IMG/VR virus record: IMGVR_UViG_3300020045_003209
Span: 1 to 41,204 of that record
Origin: a virus
Taxonomy: Duplodnaviria > Caudoviricetes
DNA: 41,204 bases
Reading direction: 5' to 3' (one strand)
The notes below the pieces were generated by a model that did no database searches, was not told the DNA's origin, and was given only the letters and a program-made list of their open reading frames with translations. Shown here piece after piece: positions 1-7,946 of the stretch. The number at the start of each line of letters is the position of its first letter. Position 1 is the stretch's first letter. Position numbers and translations under genes: made by a program.

Positions 1-85
1 AAAACTAAAAAAAAAATATTATCAAGTTTAAAAGCAAGATTATATAACATATATTAAATTATGAAAACACAAGAAAAAATAAACG

Positions 86-148
86 AAAAAATACTTATGC
101 TAAAAATCTTTAACTGTGAACAAAAATCAGAAGAATGGTTTAAACTCC
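86..148 (+). repeat. Terminal direct repeat (assembly circularisation overlap) identical to 41046-41108
   Basis: 63-bp exact match AAAAAATACTTATGC...TAAACTCC at both ends, offset 40960. Confidence 0.9.
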
Positions 149-723
149 GAGAGCAATATCCACTAACTGCAAGTAAGGCAAGTGAAATAGGAAATCAAGG
201 GGCAGGGCTAAATACTTTATGTTGGGACAAAATGGCTCAAAAGTATTCAATATCCGATAAAGAAAAGTTTACAACAGAAGATATTGAAAGAGGAGTAGAA
301 TTTGAACCTTATGCTAGGCAAATGTATGAACTTGAAACTAATAACAAAGTGGAAGAAGTTGGATTTATCGTTAATGAAGACTATAAACTCACAGGAGTAA
401 GCCCAGACGGTCTTGTTGGAGAAGATGGACTTGTAGAAATAAAATGCTTTGCAGATACTAAACATTTTGAAATGATTTGTGATTTAAAAGAAAACGGAGA
501 TTTTGAAATTGAAAAAAAATATCTCTGGCAAATGCAAATGCAACTACTTATCACTGGTAGAAAATGGAATGACTTTATCGCTTATAATCCTAACTACAAA
601 GAAAGATTATTGATTAAACGAATACTGCCAAATGATGATTTTGTAGAAAAATTACAACAAGGTCTAAAAAAAGGAGAAGAACTTATAAATAAAATACAAA
701 CAATATATGATAAATCTAAATAA
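97..723 (+). CDS. YqaJ/lambda-exonuclease-family viral recombination nuclease
   Basis: Motifs EQKSEEW..R, LTAS, G.EFEP.AR, SPDG, EIKC, YLWQMQMQL. True start ATG 97, because 61-93 is a chimeric copy of 1451-1483. Confidence 0.9.
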   Translation: MLKIFNCEQKSEEWFKLREQYPLTASKASEIGNQGAGLNTLCWDKMAQKYSISDKEKFTTEDIERGVEFEPYARQMYELETNNKVEEVGFIVNEDYKLTGVSPDGLVGEDGLVEIKCFADTKHFEMICDLKENGDFEIEKKYLWQMQMQLLITGRKWNDFIAYNPNYKERLLIKRILPNDDFVEKLQQGLKKGEELINKIQTIYDKSK

Positions 724-1147
724 AGTAATCCTAATAGGAAATATAACTAGAGAGATAGAACTCAAAGCATTACCAAGTGGTATGAAAGTATCAAGTTTTG
801 GGATAGCTACCAATAGAACTTGGAAAGATAACAATGGTAAAAAACAAGAACAAGCCGAGTTTCACAACTTAATCGCTTTTGGTAAACAAGCAGAAACAAT
901 TCAACAGTATTGTAAAAAAGGAGACCAGTTATATATTGAAGGTAGATTACAGACACGAACTTGGGAAGATAAAACAAGTGGAGAGAAAAAATATAAAACT
1001 GAAATAATCCTTGAGAGTTTTCAATTTGGTAATAAAAATGAAAAGGTCGCTAGCCCAGTATTAGAAAAAGTTGAAGAAGAAGACCATACTGCCATCGACC
1101 CTGATACTGGCATAGATTTAAACGATAGAGAAGATATTGGATTTTAA
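707..1147 (+). CDS. ssb: Single-stranded DNA-binding protein
   Basis: LNKVILIGNITRE, KKGDQLYIEGRLQTRTWED, acidic C-tail ending EDIGF. Confidence 0.95.
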   Translation: MINLNKVILIGNITREIELKALPSGMKVSSFGIATNRTWKDNNGKKQEQAEFHNLIAFGKQAETIQQYCKKGDQLYIEGRLQTRTWEDKTSGEKKYKTEIILESFQFGNKNEKVASPVLEKVEEEDHTAIDPDTGIDLNDREDIGF

Positions 1148-1150
1148 TTT

Positions 1151-1447
1151 ATGAAATTATTAGAACTTATAAAAAAAGTAAATGAGAAGAATCTTTCTAA
1201 AGACCAATTAGAAAACTATAGAGATGACCTCTCAAATCTTTTTGCACAAATGCAATTTGAAATAGCAGAAATAAGGAAAGAAAAAGCTATTTACTTCATA
1301 GAAAAACGAGAAAAAACAGATAAAGAAACAGAAAGAAGATGGCAAGCAACAATAAGAGGATTAAGAGAAATTGAATTATCACATTATTGTAAAGCTACAG
1401 AAAAGATATTATCAAGTTTAAAAGCAAGATTATATAACATATATTAA
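1151..1447 (+). CDS. Hypothetical helical protein, possibly UvsY-like recombination mediator
   Basis: 98-aa helical ORF coupled to ssb; resemblance only. Confidence 0.5.
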   Translation: MKLLELIKKVNEKNLSKDQLENYRDDLSNLFAQMQFEIAEIRKEKAIYFIEKREKTDKETERRWQATIRGLREIELSHYCKATEKILSSLKARLYNIY

Positions 1448-1450
1448 ATT

Positions 1451-1612
1451 ATGAAAACACAAGAAAAAATAAACGAAAAAATATACAAACCAATTAAGGC
1501 ATATAATGACCATCAAAATTGTAAAGGACATGCTAATGTGTTATTAGATAGTACTTATGAAACAAAAGAAGAAGTAGAATTAATCAAAAAAGTGATAGAC
1601 AATTATATTTAA
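1451..1612 (+). CDS. Hypothetical 53-aa protein
   Basis: ATG 3 nt after upstream stop, open to TAA; fills operon gap. Confidence 0.6.
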   Translation: MKTQEKINEKIYKPIKAYNDHQNCKGHANVLLDSTYETKEEVELIKKVIDNYI

Positions 1613-1613
1613 A

Positions 1614-1793
1614 ATGAAAAAACAAATTAATAACGAAAAAGAAATACTAAAACTAATATCAGACGGAGCTATGCCTTTAACTGTGATTGCTAAGAAAGCC
1701 AGAGTATCTCTTAGAACTCTATATTACTGGTTTGACTTAGAATCTAAATATATCAAGGCTTTTGAGAAAAGAAACGAAAAACAAGGAAAGTAA
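1614..1793 (+). CDS. Small helix-turn-helix DNA-binding protein (59 aa, below the ORF-track cutoff)
   Basis: LTVIAKKARVSLRTLYYW is a classic HTH pattern. Confidence 0.75.
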   Translation: MKKQINNEKEILKLISDGAMPLTVIAKKARVSLRTLYYWFDLESKYIKAFEKRNEKQGK

Positions 1794-1825
1794 TACAACA
1801 CATATTTTATAACTTGTATACATAC

Positions 1826-1870
1826 TTATCCACAGTTTTACTTGCACGATATATGAAACAGTAATATAAT
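1826..1870 (+). promoter_or_regulatory. Sigma70-type promoter with upstream DnaA box
   Basis: TTATCCACA 1826-1834; TTGCAC 1842-1847; 17 bp; TATAAT 1865-1870. Confidence 0.8.
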
Positions 1871-1909
1871 ATATACATAGGCAACATTAATAAAAAGCCT
1901 AAAAAGTTT

Positions 1910-2011
1910 ATGAAAACATTTATAATAATCTTTGTTATCGTAGTAGCTCTTACAGGTCTATATGCAGGTTCTAAAATAAATTATCAATGCAATCCTAGTT
2001 ATTGTAAATAA
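1910..2011 (+). CDS. Small membrane/secreted peptide (33 aa)
   Basis: MKTFIIIFVIVVALTGLYAG...; first ORF after promoter; preceded by AAAGTTT. Confidence 0.6.
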   Translation: MKTFIIIFVIVVALTGLYAGSKINYQCNPSYCK

Positions 2012-2012
2012 T

Positions 2013-2348
2013 ATGAAAATACCTAAACAATTAAAAAAAGACCAACCACGCTTTGAAAAGAACATAAATACACTGGTCAAAAAAGGTAAAAACAAAAAGA
2101 TTAAAGAAGAGATTTTCCACAAAGTTGTTAAAGAAGGAGATAGACGAAGACAGGCTATCTTGCAAAAGTTAGACAACGAACAGGAAGTATTATATTGGGC
2201 AGAGGTATTACAAATGCCAACACGAGGCACCCACTCAATTAAACGAGAGCAAGACAAAAAAATTAAAGAAGCTATCTGGTGGTTTATATTAATCTTTATT
2301 TCAATCCCGATACTTTATATCATTATTATTAATTTATTTTCTATATGA
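2013..2348 (+). CDS. Hypothetical protein with C-terminal transmembrane helix
   Basis: Basic body plus WWFILIFISIPILYIIIINLF. Confidence 0.65.
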   Translation: MKIPKQLKKDQPRFEKNINTLVKKGKNKKIKEEIFHKVVKEGDRRRQAILQKLDNEQEVLYWAEVLQMPTRGTHSIKREQDKKIKEAIWWFILIFISIPILYIIIINLFSI

Positions 2349-2464
2349 CCAAACGAGAAGCATACACTAAGTTAATGGCAACAAAACGCCCAACAAATAG
2401 AGAAGTCCAAAAGATTATAAGAGAAATCTACGAAGCAGGTATTTTAAAAGGTAAGAATAGATAA
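2345..2464 (+). CDS. Hypothetical 39-aa protein
   Basis: ATGA overlap with upstream stop; MTKREAYTKL...GKNR. Confidence 0.5.
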   Translation: MTKREAYTKLMATKRPTNREVQKIIREIYEAGILKGKNR

Positions 2465-2486
2465 TTATTAATTAATATAAAATAAC

Positions 2487-3185
2487 ATGTCAAAAAAAGA
2501 AATAATAAAAGGATATAAGGGCTTTAATAAAGATTTAACTTGTAATGGTTACCAATATAAAGAAGGAGAGTTACATATTCATAAAGGAAAAGTAGAAAAA
2601 TGTAATAGTGGATTTCATTTTTGTGAAAATCCTATTGATTGTTTTAGTTATTATAAACCTACTCAAAGTGTGTTTTATGAAATAGAGGCAAGTGGGGATA
2701 TTGATAAAGAAAAAAATGGAGATAGTAAAGTATCTTGTTCTGAATTAAAAGTAGGCGGAAAATTATCTATTGAAGCAATGGTTAAAGCATCTGTTGAGTT
2801 TATATGGCAAAAAGCGTCAACCAAAAAGATATTTAGTAAAACATCCGCAACCTCTGGCAATCGTGCTCACTCCGCAACCTCTGGCGAATATGCTCACTCC
2901 GCAACCTCTGGCAATCGTGCTAACTCCGCAACTTCTGGCTATGGTGCTCACTCCGCAACCAAAACATCAGATGCAATAGCTTGTGCAATAGGAAGAAAAT
3001 CTAAAGCTAAAGCTTCAGTAGGTTCATTCATTGTATTAGCCGAATGGAATGAGGATAATGACTTAAATAAAGTACATCCTATTTGTGTAAAATCTGTAAA
3101 AGTAGATGGTAAAAAAATAAAAGGAGATACTTGGTATAAATTAGTTGGTGGAAAGTTTATTGAAACTGACGGTAGTAATGAATAA
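2487..3185 (+). CDS. Conserved phage protein (GYKGF..DL.C..YQY..G / SGFHFCENP family) with SATSG repeats
   Basis: Recognisable N-terminal domain, central Ser/Ala/Gly repeats, C-terminal VDGKKIKGDTWYKL. Confidence 0.8.
   Translation: MSKKEIIKGYKGFNKDLTCNGYQYKEGELHIHKGKVEKCNSGFHFCENPIDCFSYYKPTQSVFYEIEASGDIDKEKNGDSKVSCSELKVGGKLSIEAMVKASVEFIWQKASTKKIFSKTSATSGNRAHSATSGEYAHSATSGNRANSATSGYGAHSATKTSDAIACAIGRKSKAKASVGSFIVLAEWNEDNDLNKVHPICVKSVKVDGKKIKGDTWYKLVGGKFIETDGSNE
2844..2960 (+). repeat. In-frame 27-bp tandem repeat, ~4.3 copies (SATSGxxAH)
   Basis: Unit TCCGCAACCTCTGGC(N6)GCTCAC. Confidence 0.95.
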
Positions 3186-3187
3186 AT

Positions 3188-3577
3188 ATGAAACTAAACA
3201 AAGATAACTTTATAGAAAGTTTAGATGATGAAGAAGTTATAATTTTTGGAAGTAATTTAAACGGACATCATCTAGGAGGAAGTGCAAAACAGGCTTATGA
3301 AGATTTCGGGGCAATATGGGGTAATGGAGATGGAATACAAGGCACAGGACACGATTTTAAAAGTTATGCCTTTCCTACGCTAGATACACAAATGAAAAAG
3401 TTACCGTTAGATAGTATTAAACAAAGTTTTGAAAATCTAATAAAGGTCGCAAACTGGTGTCCTGAAAAGACTTTTTACTTAACGCCCGTGGGTCAAGGCA
3501 TAGCCTCTTTCTCCAAGGAAGAAATAGAAAGTGTTATGCCAGAATTACCCCAAAACATTATTAAAATAAATTGGTAA
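3188..3577 (+). CDS. Macro-domain-like phage protein (FGSNxxGxHxGGxA family)
   Basis: IIFGSNLNGHHLGGSAKQA, SYAFPT, FYLTPVGQGIA. Confidence 0.75.
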   Translation: MKLNKDNFIESLDDEEVIIFGSNLNGHHLGGSAKQAYEDFGAIWGNGDGIQGTGHDFKSYAFPTLDTQMKKLPLDSIKQSFENLIKVANWCPEKTFYLTPVGQGIASFSKEEIESVMPELPQNIIKINW

Positions 3578-3582
3578 ATTAT

Positions 3583-3663
3583 ATGTGTATACTTCCAACA
3601 ATAGGTCTTATAACAGTCATAGCGTTTCTGGTCGTAATTACATTATTAGTTTTAGCTAAATAA
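3583..3663 (+). CDS. Small transmembrane peptide (26 aa)
   Basis: MCILPTIGLITVIAFLVVITLLVLAK; fills operon gap. Confidence 0.55.
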   Translation: MCILPTIGLITVIAFLVVITLLVLAK

Positions 3664-3671
3664 AGATAAAT

Positions 3672-4220
3672 ATGGAAAATAAAGAACCAATAGCTATATG
3701 TAGAGAATGTAAAGCAGAGTTCACTACTTGGATTTCAGATAGTAAACAATGTCCAAGTTGTGAAGGAGAGATGATGTTTTTTGATACTCTTTCAACTCCA
3801 GTCTTAGAGGAAGAAAATGGGGAAAATAACTTATTTGCTATTGAATCAGATGGAAAGGTAATAAGTTTTTCATCAAAGAAAGAATTTGAAGAATGGCAAA
3901 AGAAACATACTGGTGGAACTTTTGAATTTTATAAAGAACCTAAAGGTAAAAAAATAGCTTTTTGTCCAGATTGTGCAAATATACTACCTAAACATGATTC
4001 TCGTTGTAGAATGATTCCCCAAGAACCTATGGAATGGAAGAGTAAATTATTTAATATCGTAGCAAAATTAGATAATGGTTCTCACTCTGCAAATCAGTTA
4101 CAAGGAATAGATGAAGCTGTATCTGAACTAATCCAATCTCAAATCAAACAAGCCGAAGAAAGAGGATATAAACAAGGTCGCAAAGATGAAGCTATGGATA
4201 ATGCAGGTTCTAGTGCTTAA
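3672..4220 (+). CDS. Hypothetical zinc-binding protein
   Basis: CREC, CPSC, CPDC..H...C motifs. Confidence 0.7.
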   Translation: MENKEPIAICRECKAEFTTWISDSKQCPSCEGEMMFFDTLSTPVLEEENGENNLFAIESDGKVISFSSKKEFEEWQKKHTGGTFEFYKEPKGKKIAFCPDCANILPKHDSRCRMIPQEPMEWKSKLFNIVAKLDNGSHSANQLQGIDEAVSELIQSQIKQAEERGYKQGRKDEAMDNAGSSA

Positions 4221-4243
4221 TTATCAATCTAATCAGATAAATT

Positions 4244-4729
4244 ATGTTTAAAGGTTATAAATTCACAGAAGAGCATAAAAGAAACATTAGTGAATCTAAG
4301 AAAGGTAAAAAGATGTCACTTGAAGCTAGAACAAAAATGTCTAAGACTAAAATTGGAACTAAACTTACTGAAAAAACAAGAAAAATAATGAGTTTAAAAA
4401 AATTAGGTAAAAAACATCCTAATTGGAAAGGTGGGGTTACTCCAATAAATCATCAAATTAGAGGTTCTCTTGAATATCGTTTGTGGAGAGAAGCAGTATT
4501 TAAGAGAGACAATTGGACTTGTATATGGTGTGGAATAAAAAGTAGAACTACAAAAAATAGTAAAGGTAAATGGATTATTTTACACGCAGACCACATAAAA
4601 CCTTTTGCTCATTACCCCGAACTTCGTTTTGCCATAGATAATGGTCGGACTCTGTGTATAGAGTGTCATAAGACGACTGATACTTATGGAGGTAATAGTA
4701 AAATCTTAATCAATCAAAACAATGAATAA
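4244..4729 (+). CDS. NUMOD3 + HNH homing endonuclease
   Basis: TEEHKRNISESKKGKK repeats; HPNWKGG; CIWC..HADHIKP..NGRTLCIECH. Confidence 0.9.
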   Translation: MFKGYKFTEEHKRNISESKKGKKMSLEARTKMSKTKIGTKLTEKTRKIMSLKKLGKKHPNWKGGVTPINHQIRGSLEYRLWREAVFKRDNWTCIWCGIKSRTTKNSKGKWIILHADHIKPFAHYPELRFAIDNGRTLCIECHKTTDTYGGNSKILINQNNE

Positions 4730-4907
4730 AGAAGAAGAAAAAATTAAATCAATAAAAGCATGGGGTATAGTTATAAATGGAACTCTCTCAGATGCGTATG
4801 ATAGTTATAATCTAGCTAAAAATGAACTAGAAAAACAGAAAAAGTTTAGAGGAATATATAAAATTATACCAGTCCTAATTACTCCAATCAAAAACATTAG
4901 CAATTAA
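4722..4907 (+). CDS. Hypothetical protein
   Basis: 61-aa ORF overlapping upstream stop. Confidence 0.6.
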   Translation: MNKEEEKIKSIKAWGIVINGTLSDAYDSYNLAKNELEKQKKFRGIYKIIPVLITPIKNISN

Positions 4908-4918
4908 TTAAAAACAAT

Positions 4919-5014
4919 ATGGAAACAACAATACCAACAGTTTTATTTTGGATAATGTGCGGACTATCAGGTTGGGCAACTGGTAGTATATTATTAGGAA
5001 TTTTTAGAAGATAA
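4919..5014 (+). CDS. Small transmembrane peptide (31 aa)
   Basis: METTIPTVLFWIMCGLSGWATGSILLGIFRR. Confidence 0.55.
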   Translation: METTIPTVLFWIMCGLSGWATGSILLGIFRR

Positions 5015-5076
5015 TTAATTAAAAACAAATTGGTGTGGCTATTGCATTAAACATTGGTGTGTGATAAAATAGATAA

Positions 5077-5496
5077 ATGGACAAATATAACAATAAAATA
5101 AATAAGACCGAAGATTGTTGGTTGTGGACTGGTGAAATAGACCTAAAAGGTTACGGGGTTATCACTATAAAAGGTAAACGTAGACGGGCACATAGAATTA
5201 TTTACGAATTACTAATAGGAGAAATACCATTAGGGTTAGAAATAGACCATTTATGTAGAGTAAGGAATTGTGTCAATCCAAAACACTTAGAGCCAGTATC
5301 ACGAACTGAAAATCTGAGAAGAAATGTTCCATTTAGAAAAGAAGTTTTGAAAACTCATTGTAAAAATGGTCACGAATTTTCTTTAAAGAACACAAAAATA
5401 CGAATTTTTAAAGGTAATCCGTGGAGAGTTTGCAAGAAATGTAAAGTAATCACACAAACGAAGTATTTTAATAAAATTAACAGCCACATCAATTAA
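5077..5496 (+). CDS. HNH endonuclease
   Basis: CWLWTG..GYG..AHR..IDHLCRVRNCVNPKHLEPVSRTEN; THCKNGHEF. Confidence 0.92.
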   Translation: MDKYNNKINKTEDCWLWTGEIDLKGYGVITIKGKRRRAHRIIYELLIGEIPLGLEIDHLCRVRNCVNPKHLEPVSRTENLRRNVPFRKEVLKTHCKNGHEFSLKNTKIRIFKGNPWRVCKKCKVITQTKYFNKINSHIN

Positions 5497-5503
5497 ATAA
5501 GAT

Positions 5504-5584
5504 ATGGAAATACTTATATCATCAATAATAATAGCAGGAGGATTAGCAATAACAGTGTATATAATTGCGTTGATTATTAACTAA
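5504..5584 (+). CDS. Small transmembrane peptide (26 aa)
   Basis: MEILISSIIIAGGLAITVYIIALIIN. Confidence 0.55.
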   Translation: MEILISSIIIAGGLAITVYIIALIIN

Positions 5585-5650
5585 CTAACCTAAGTACTCT
5601 CAAGGATGAGGTACTCCGATTACTAACAACAACCCTATAATTAAAAGTCA

Positions 5651-5745
5651 TTGTTATTTAAAACTGAATAGTGTATAATGAAAGTATTACTAGCGTTGAA
5701 ACCAGTAGCCACCATATACTTTCAACGCGTATGGTGGCTTTTGGT
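5651..5745 (+). promoter_or_regulatory. Promoter plus pseudoknot/attenuator leader of HNH gene
   Basis: TTGTTA-17-TATAAT (5651-5679); stem 5707-5717/5729-5739; loop 5720-5728 complementary to 5693-5701. Confidence 0.65.
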
Positions 5746-5753
5746 ACAAAATT

Positions 5754-6275
5754 ATGAAAGATATAAAAGGTTACGAAGGGTTATATGCAATAAATAAGAA
5801 AGGTCAAGTATGGTCTTATAAACGTGAAAGATATTTGAAATGTTCTATAGCAGGGGGTGGAAAAGGATATTTGTCTGTTTCTTTATGTAAAAATGGAGAG
5901 ATTAAACACTATAAAATTAGTCGTTTATTAGCACAAACATATATCCCTAACCCTAATAATCATCCAGTAGTAGACCATAAAAATATAAATAGTTTAGATA
6001 ATAGATTAAGTAATTTAAGATGGGTAAGTTATAGTGATAGTATGAGGAATCAAACAAAACCACAAAATGAAACTTCTAAATATCTTGGCGTTTTTTATGT
6101 CAAAAGTAGAAAAGTATGGGTAGCTAGAATAAATATAGACGGTAAACGAAAATATCTAGGTCATTGTAAAACAGAATTGGAAGCAATAAAAGCACATAGA
6201 AAGTATATAAATAAACATTTTAAGGGATTTTATCAATCTAATAAGTTAGTTACCCTTAGCCCTAGTCAGGCATAA
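5754..6275 (+). CDS. NUMOD4-HNH-AP2 homing endonuclease
   Basis: KDIKGYEGLYAIN; VDHKNINSLDNRLSNLRWV; SKYLGV..WVARI..KYLG. Confidence 0.92.
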   Translation: MKDIKGYEGLYAINKKGQVWSYKRERYLKCSIAGGGKGYLSVSLCKNGEIKHYKISRLLAQTYIPNPNNHPVVDHKNINSLDNRLSNLRWVSYSDSMRNQTKPQNETSKYLGVFYVKSRKVWVARINIDGKRKYLGHCKTELEAIKAHRKYINKHFKGFYQSNKLVTLSPSQA

Positions 6276-6292
6276 ATAAGGGGGAGAAATAT

Positions 6293-6451
6293 ATGGAAAG
6301 AAAAATAAGTGAACCCAAAAAAGAAGATATATGTTTATCAAAAGAACACAATCCTGCAACTATGCTTTATAGAACACCAGGAACTTATGAGCATACTTGC
6401 CCAAATTGTGGCAAAAAGGTCGTATTTACTGTTCCACAAGTTATTTATTAA
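6293..6451 (+). CDS. Small zinc-ribbon protein (52 aa)
   Basis: C..H..HTCPNCGK; preceded by GGGGAGAAAT. Confidence 0.7.
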   Translation: MERKISEPKKEDICLSKEHNPATMLYRTPGTYEHTCPNCGKKVVFTVPQVIY

Positions 6452-6501
6452 CCCCCATTGTCCCTCGTCACGACAATAAAAGGGAGAAATAAAAAGAGAT
6501 T

Positions 6502-6705
6502 ATGAAAGAACAACATTTAGAAATAGGAGATAAAGATACATTTGAAAAAGCTTTGAGTAAGCTGGGAGTAGAAAAGAAATTAGAAGCTCCAATATATACC
6601 TCTTTCTATGGATTAAAAGTTATAGAAAGTAAGCTAGTTCCTAAAGACAAAGCGTGGTTAATTGGGAAACAAGGTCAATTACTACAAGTATTTAACTTAA
6701 ACTAA
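6502..6705 (+). CDS. Hypothetical protein
   Basis: 67-aa ORF in operon. Confidence 0.65.
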   Translation: MKEQHLEIGDKDTFEKALSKLGVEKKLEAPIYTSFYGLKVIESKLVPKDKAWLIGKQGQLLQVFNLN

Positions 6706-6706
6706 T

Positions 6707-7048
6707 ATGCCTAAATCACTAACAGAACAAATAATAGAATTAATGCCAGAGGAAAAAGAAACTAATAATAGAGAAGATGAGTTTGGTGAAGTATATGAAA
6801 TATGGAAAATAGGAGAAAGAGACCAAAGAATTGGCTTCAACCAAGCACGCACAGAGATGATAAACAAAATCCCAGAGATATTGAGTTTGATACGAGGGGA
6901 GGTGGAGGACATTAGAAAAGATACTTCAACAAGTCCCAAGAGAGCATTAACTTATATAGAAGTATGTAATGGATGTGGTAGTGAAGGGATTTGTAATTGT
7001 GAAGGATATAATCAAGCATTAGATGATTTATTAGAAAAGTTAAAATAA
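6707..7048 (+). CDS. Hypothetical protein
   Basis: GFNQA / GYNQALDD motifs typical of phage early proteins; Cys cluster. Confidence 0.7.
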   Translation: MPKSLTEQIIELMPEEKETNNREDEFGEVYEIWKIGERDQRIGFNQARTEMINKIPEILSLIRGEVEDIRKDTSTSPKRALTYIEVCNGCGSEGICNCEGYNQALDDLLEKLK

Positions 7049-7054
7049 TGGTCG

Positions 7055-7203
7055 TGGTAGTGGGGTTCGTTAGGGAGTGTATGGGGTAGTTGCAATAGGG
7101 GGCTGTACAGTGCCCGAATCGTTATCCTAAAGCAATAAAAAGATGAATAGGCTGTAACCGAGGTCATTCCCGAACGTATACTCTCTAACAAACTCCATTA
7201 CCA
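7055..7203 (+). ncRNA. Putative structured ncRNA 1 closed by a 29-bp stem
   Basis: 7055-7083 pairs with 7175-7203: 28/29 pairs, 5 G.U, one C.A; GC-rich branched interior. Confidence 0.7.
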
Positions 7204-7215
7204 ATTATAAGTAAG

Positions 7216-7319
7216 TGATAGTGAATCTAGTTTAGTAATAATGTACCACCCCAGAAGTGGCTAAAGGCGGAGTACCGCAAGGTATAACAACAACTATTAC
7301 TAAATCAGGTTCATTATCA
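7216..7319 (+). ncRNA. Putative structured ncRNA 2 closed by a 25-bp stem
   Basis: 7216-7240 pairs with 7295-7319: 24/25 pairs, 3 G.U, one A.C; interior TACC-GCAA-GGTA GNRA hairpin. Confidence 0.7.
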
Positions 7320-7326
7320 AAATAAT

Positions 7327-7644
7327 ATGAAAATACCACAAAAAATAAAATACTACATAGTACATAGAAGTTTCGGTTCCTTTTATTTATCAAGAGAAGT
7401 AGATGAATTTGGATGTGGGGAAAATTTAGAAAGAAAAAATGATGAAAAATATGAACAATACTTAATGAAACAAAGATTTAATTCAGATTACAATTATGAA
7501 ATAATTACAATAATAAAAGAAGACGAAAATTTTTATTATATTAGTTGTCCTAATAAGTATTCTAATCAAGATACGATTGTATTAAAAACAAAACGATACA
7601 TAGATGAGAAAATTAAAAACGAAGATAATCTCTTTTTAATATGA
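7327..7644 (+). CDS. Hypothetical protein
   Basis: 105-aa ORF. Confidence 0.65.
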   Translation: MKIPQKIKYYIVHRSFGSFYLSREVDEFGCGENLERKNDEKYEQYLMKQRFNSDYNYEIITIIKEDENFYYISCPNKYSNQDTIVLKTKRYIDEKIKNEDNLFLI

Positions 7645-7946
7645 CCCAAGAAGAACTAGACAAAATGTTCCCAAACCTTAAAGAAGACATGATGATGGAT
7701 GAGTCTATTGCGAGTGTAGAATTAAGTAAAGACTTTGAGGAAATAGATGACTTTATTAATCAATACTTTGTAAACATAGCTAAATATGGGTTTGTATCCT
7801 TAGAGTTTGAAAAAGATAACAACAAATGGATAGCGGTAGGTCAAAAAGATGGGGACAATTTATATTGTATTACTGAGGGGAAAACTCCCAAAATTGCTTG
7901 CAGTTTATTATTAAAGGAATTAAAGGGATTAGACTTGCGTAAATGA
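7641..7946 (+). CDS. Hypothetical protein
   Basis: 101-aa ORF, ATGA overlap; C-terminal GKTPKIAC. Confidence 0.65.
   Translation: MTQEELDKMFPNLKEDMMMDESIASVELSKDFEEIDDFINQYFVNIAKYGFVSLEFEKDNNKWIAVGQKDGDNLYCITEGKTPKIACSLLLKELKGLDLRK

Noticed and set aside
61-96. N-terminal MKTQEKINEKIL extension of the exonuclease
   Set aside because: Derived from the chimeric copy of 1451-1483; the circular junction shows the true start is 97
2844-2960. CRISPR array
   Set aside because: 27-bp period, in frame within a CDS, only ~6 variable bases, no spacers or cas genes
5578-6251. attC-like or stem bracket TAACTAACT/AGTTAGTTA around HNH-AP2
   Set aside because: Only 9 AT-rich bp, spacing far beyond attC size, no integrase
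7084-7294. Known ribozymes (hammerhead, HDV/theta, twister) or rRNA fragment
   Set aside because: Core motifs and required pairings could not be built by eye; GAGTACCGCAAGG similarity to rRNA is too short
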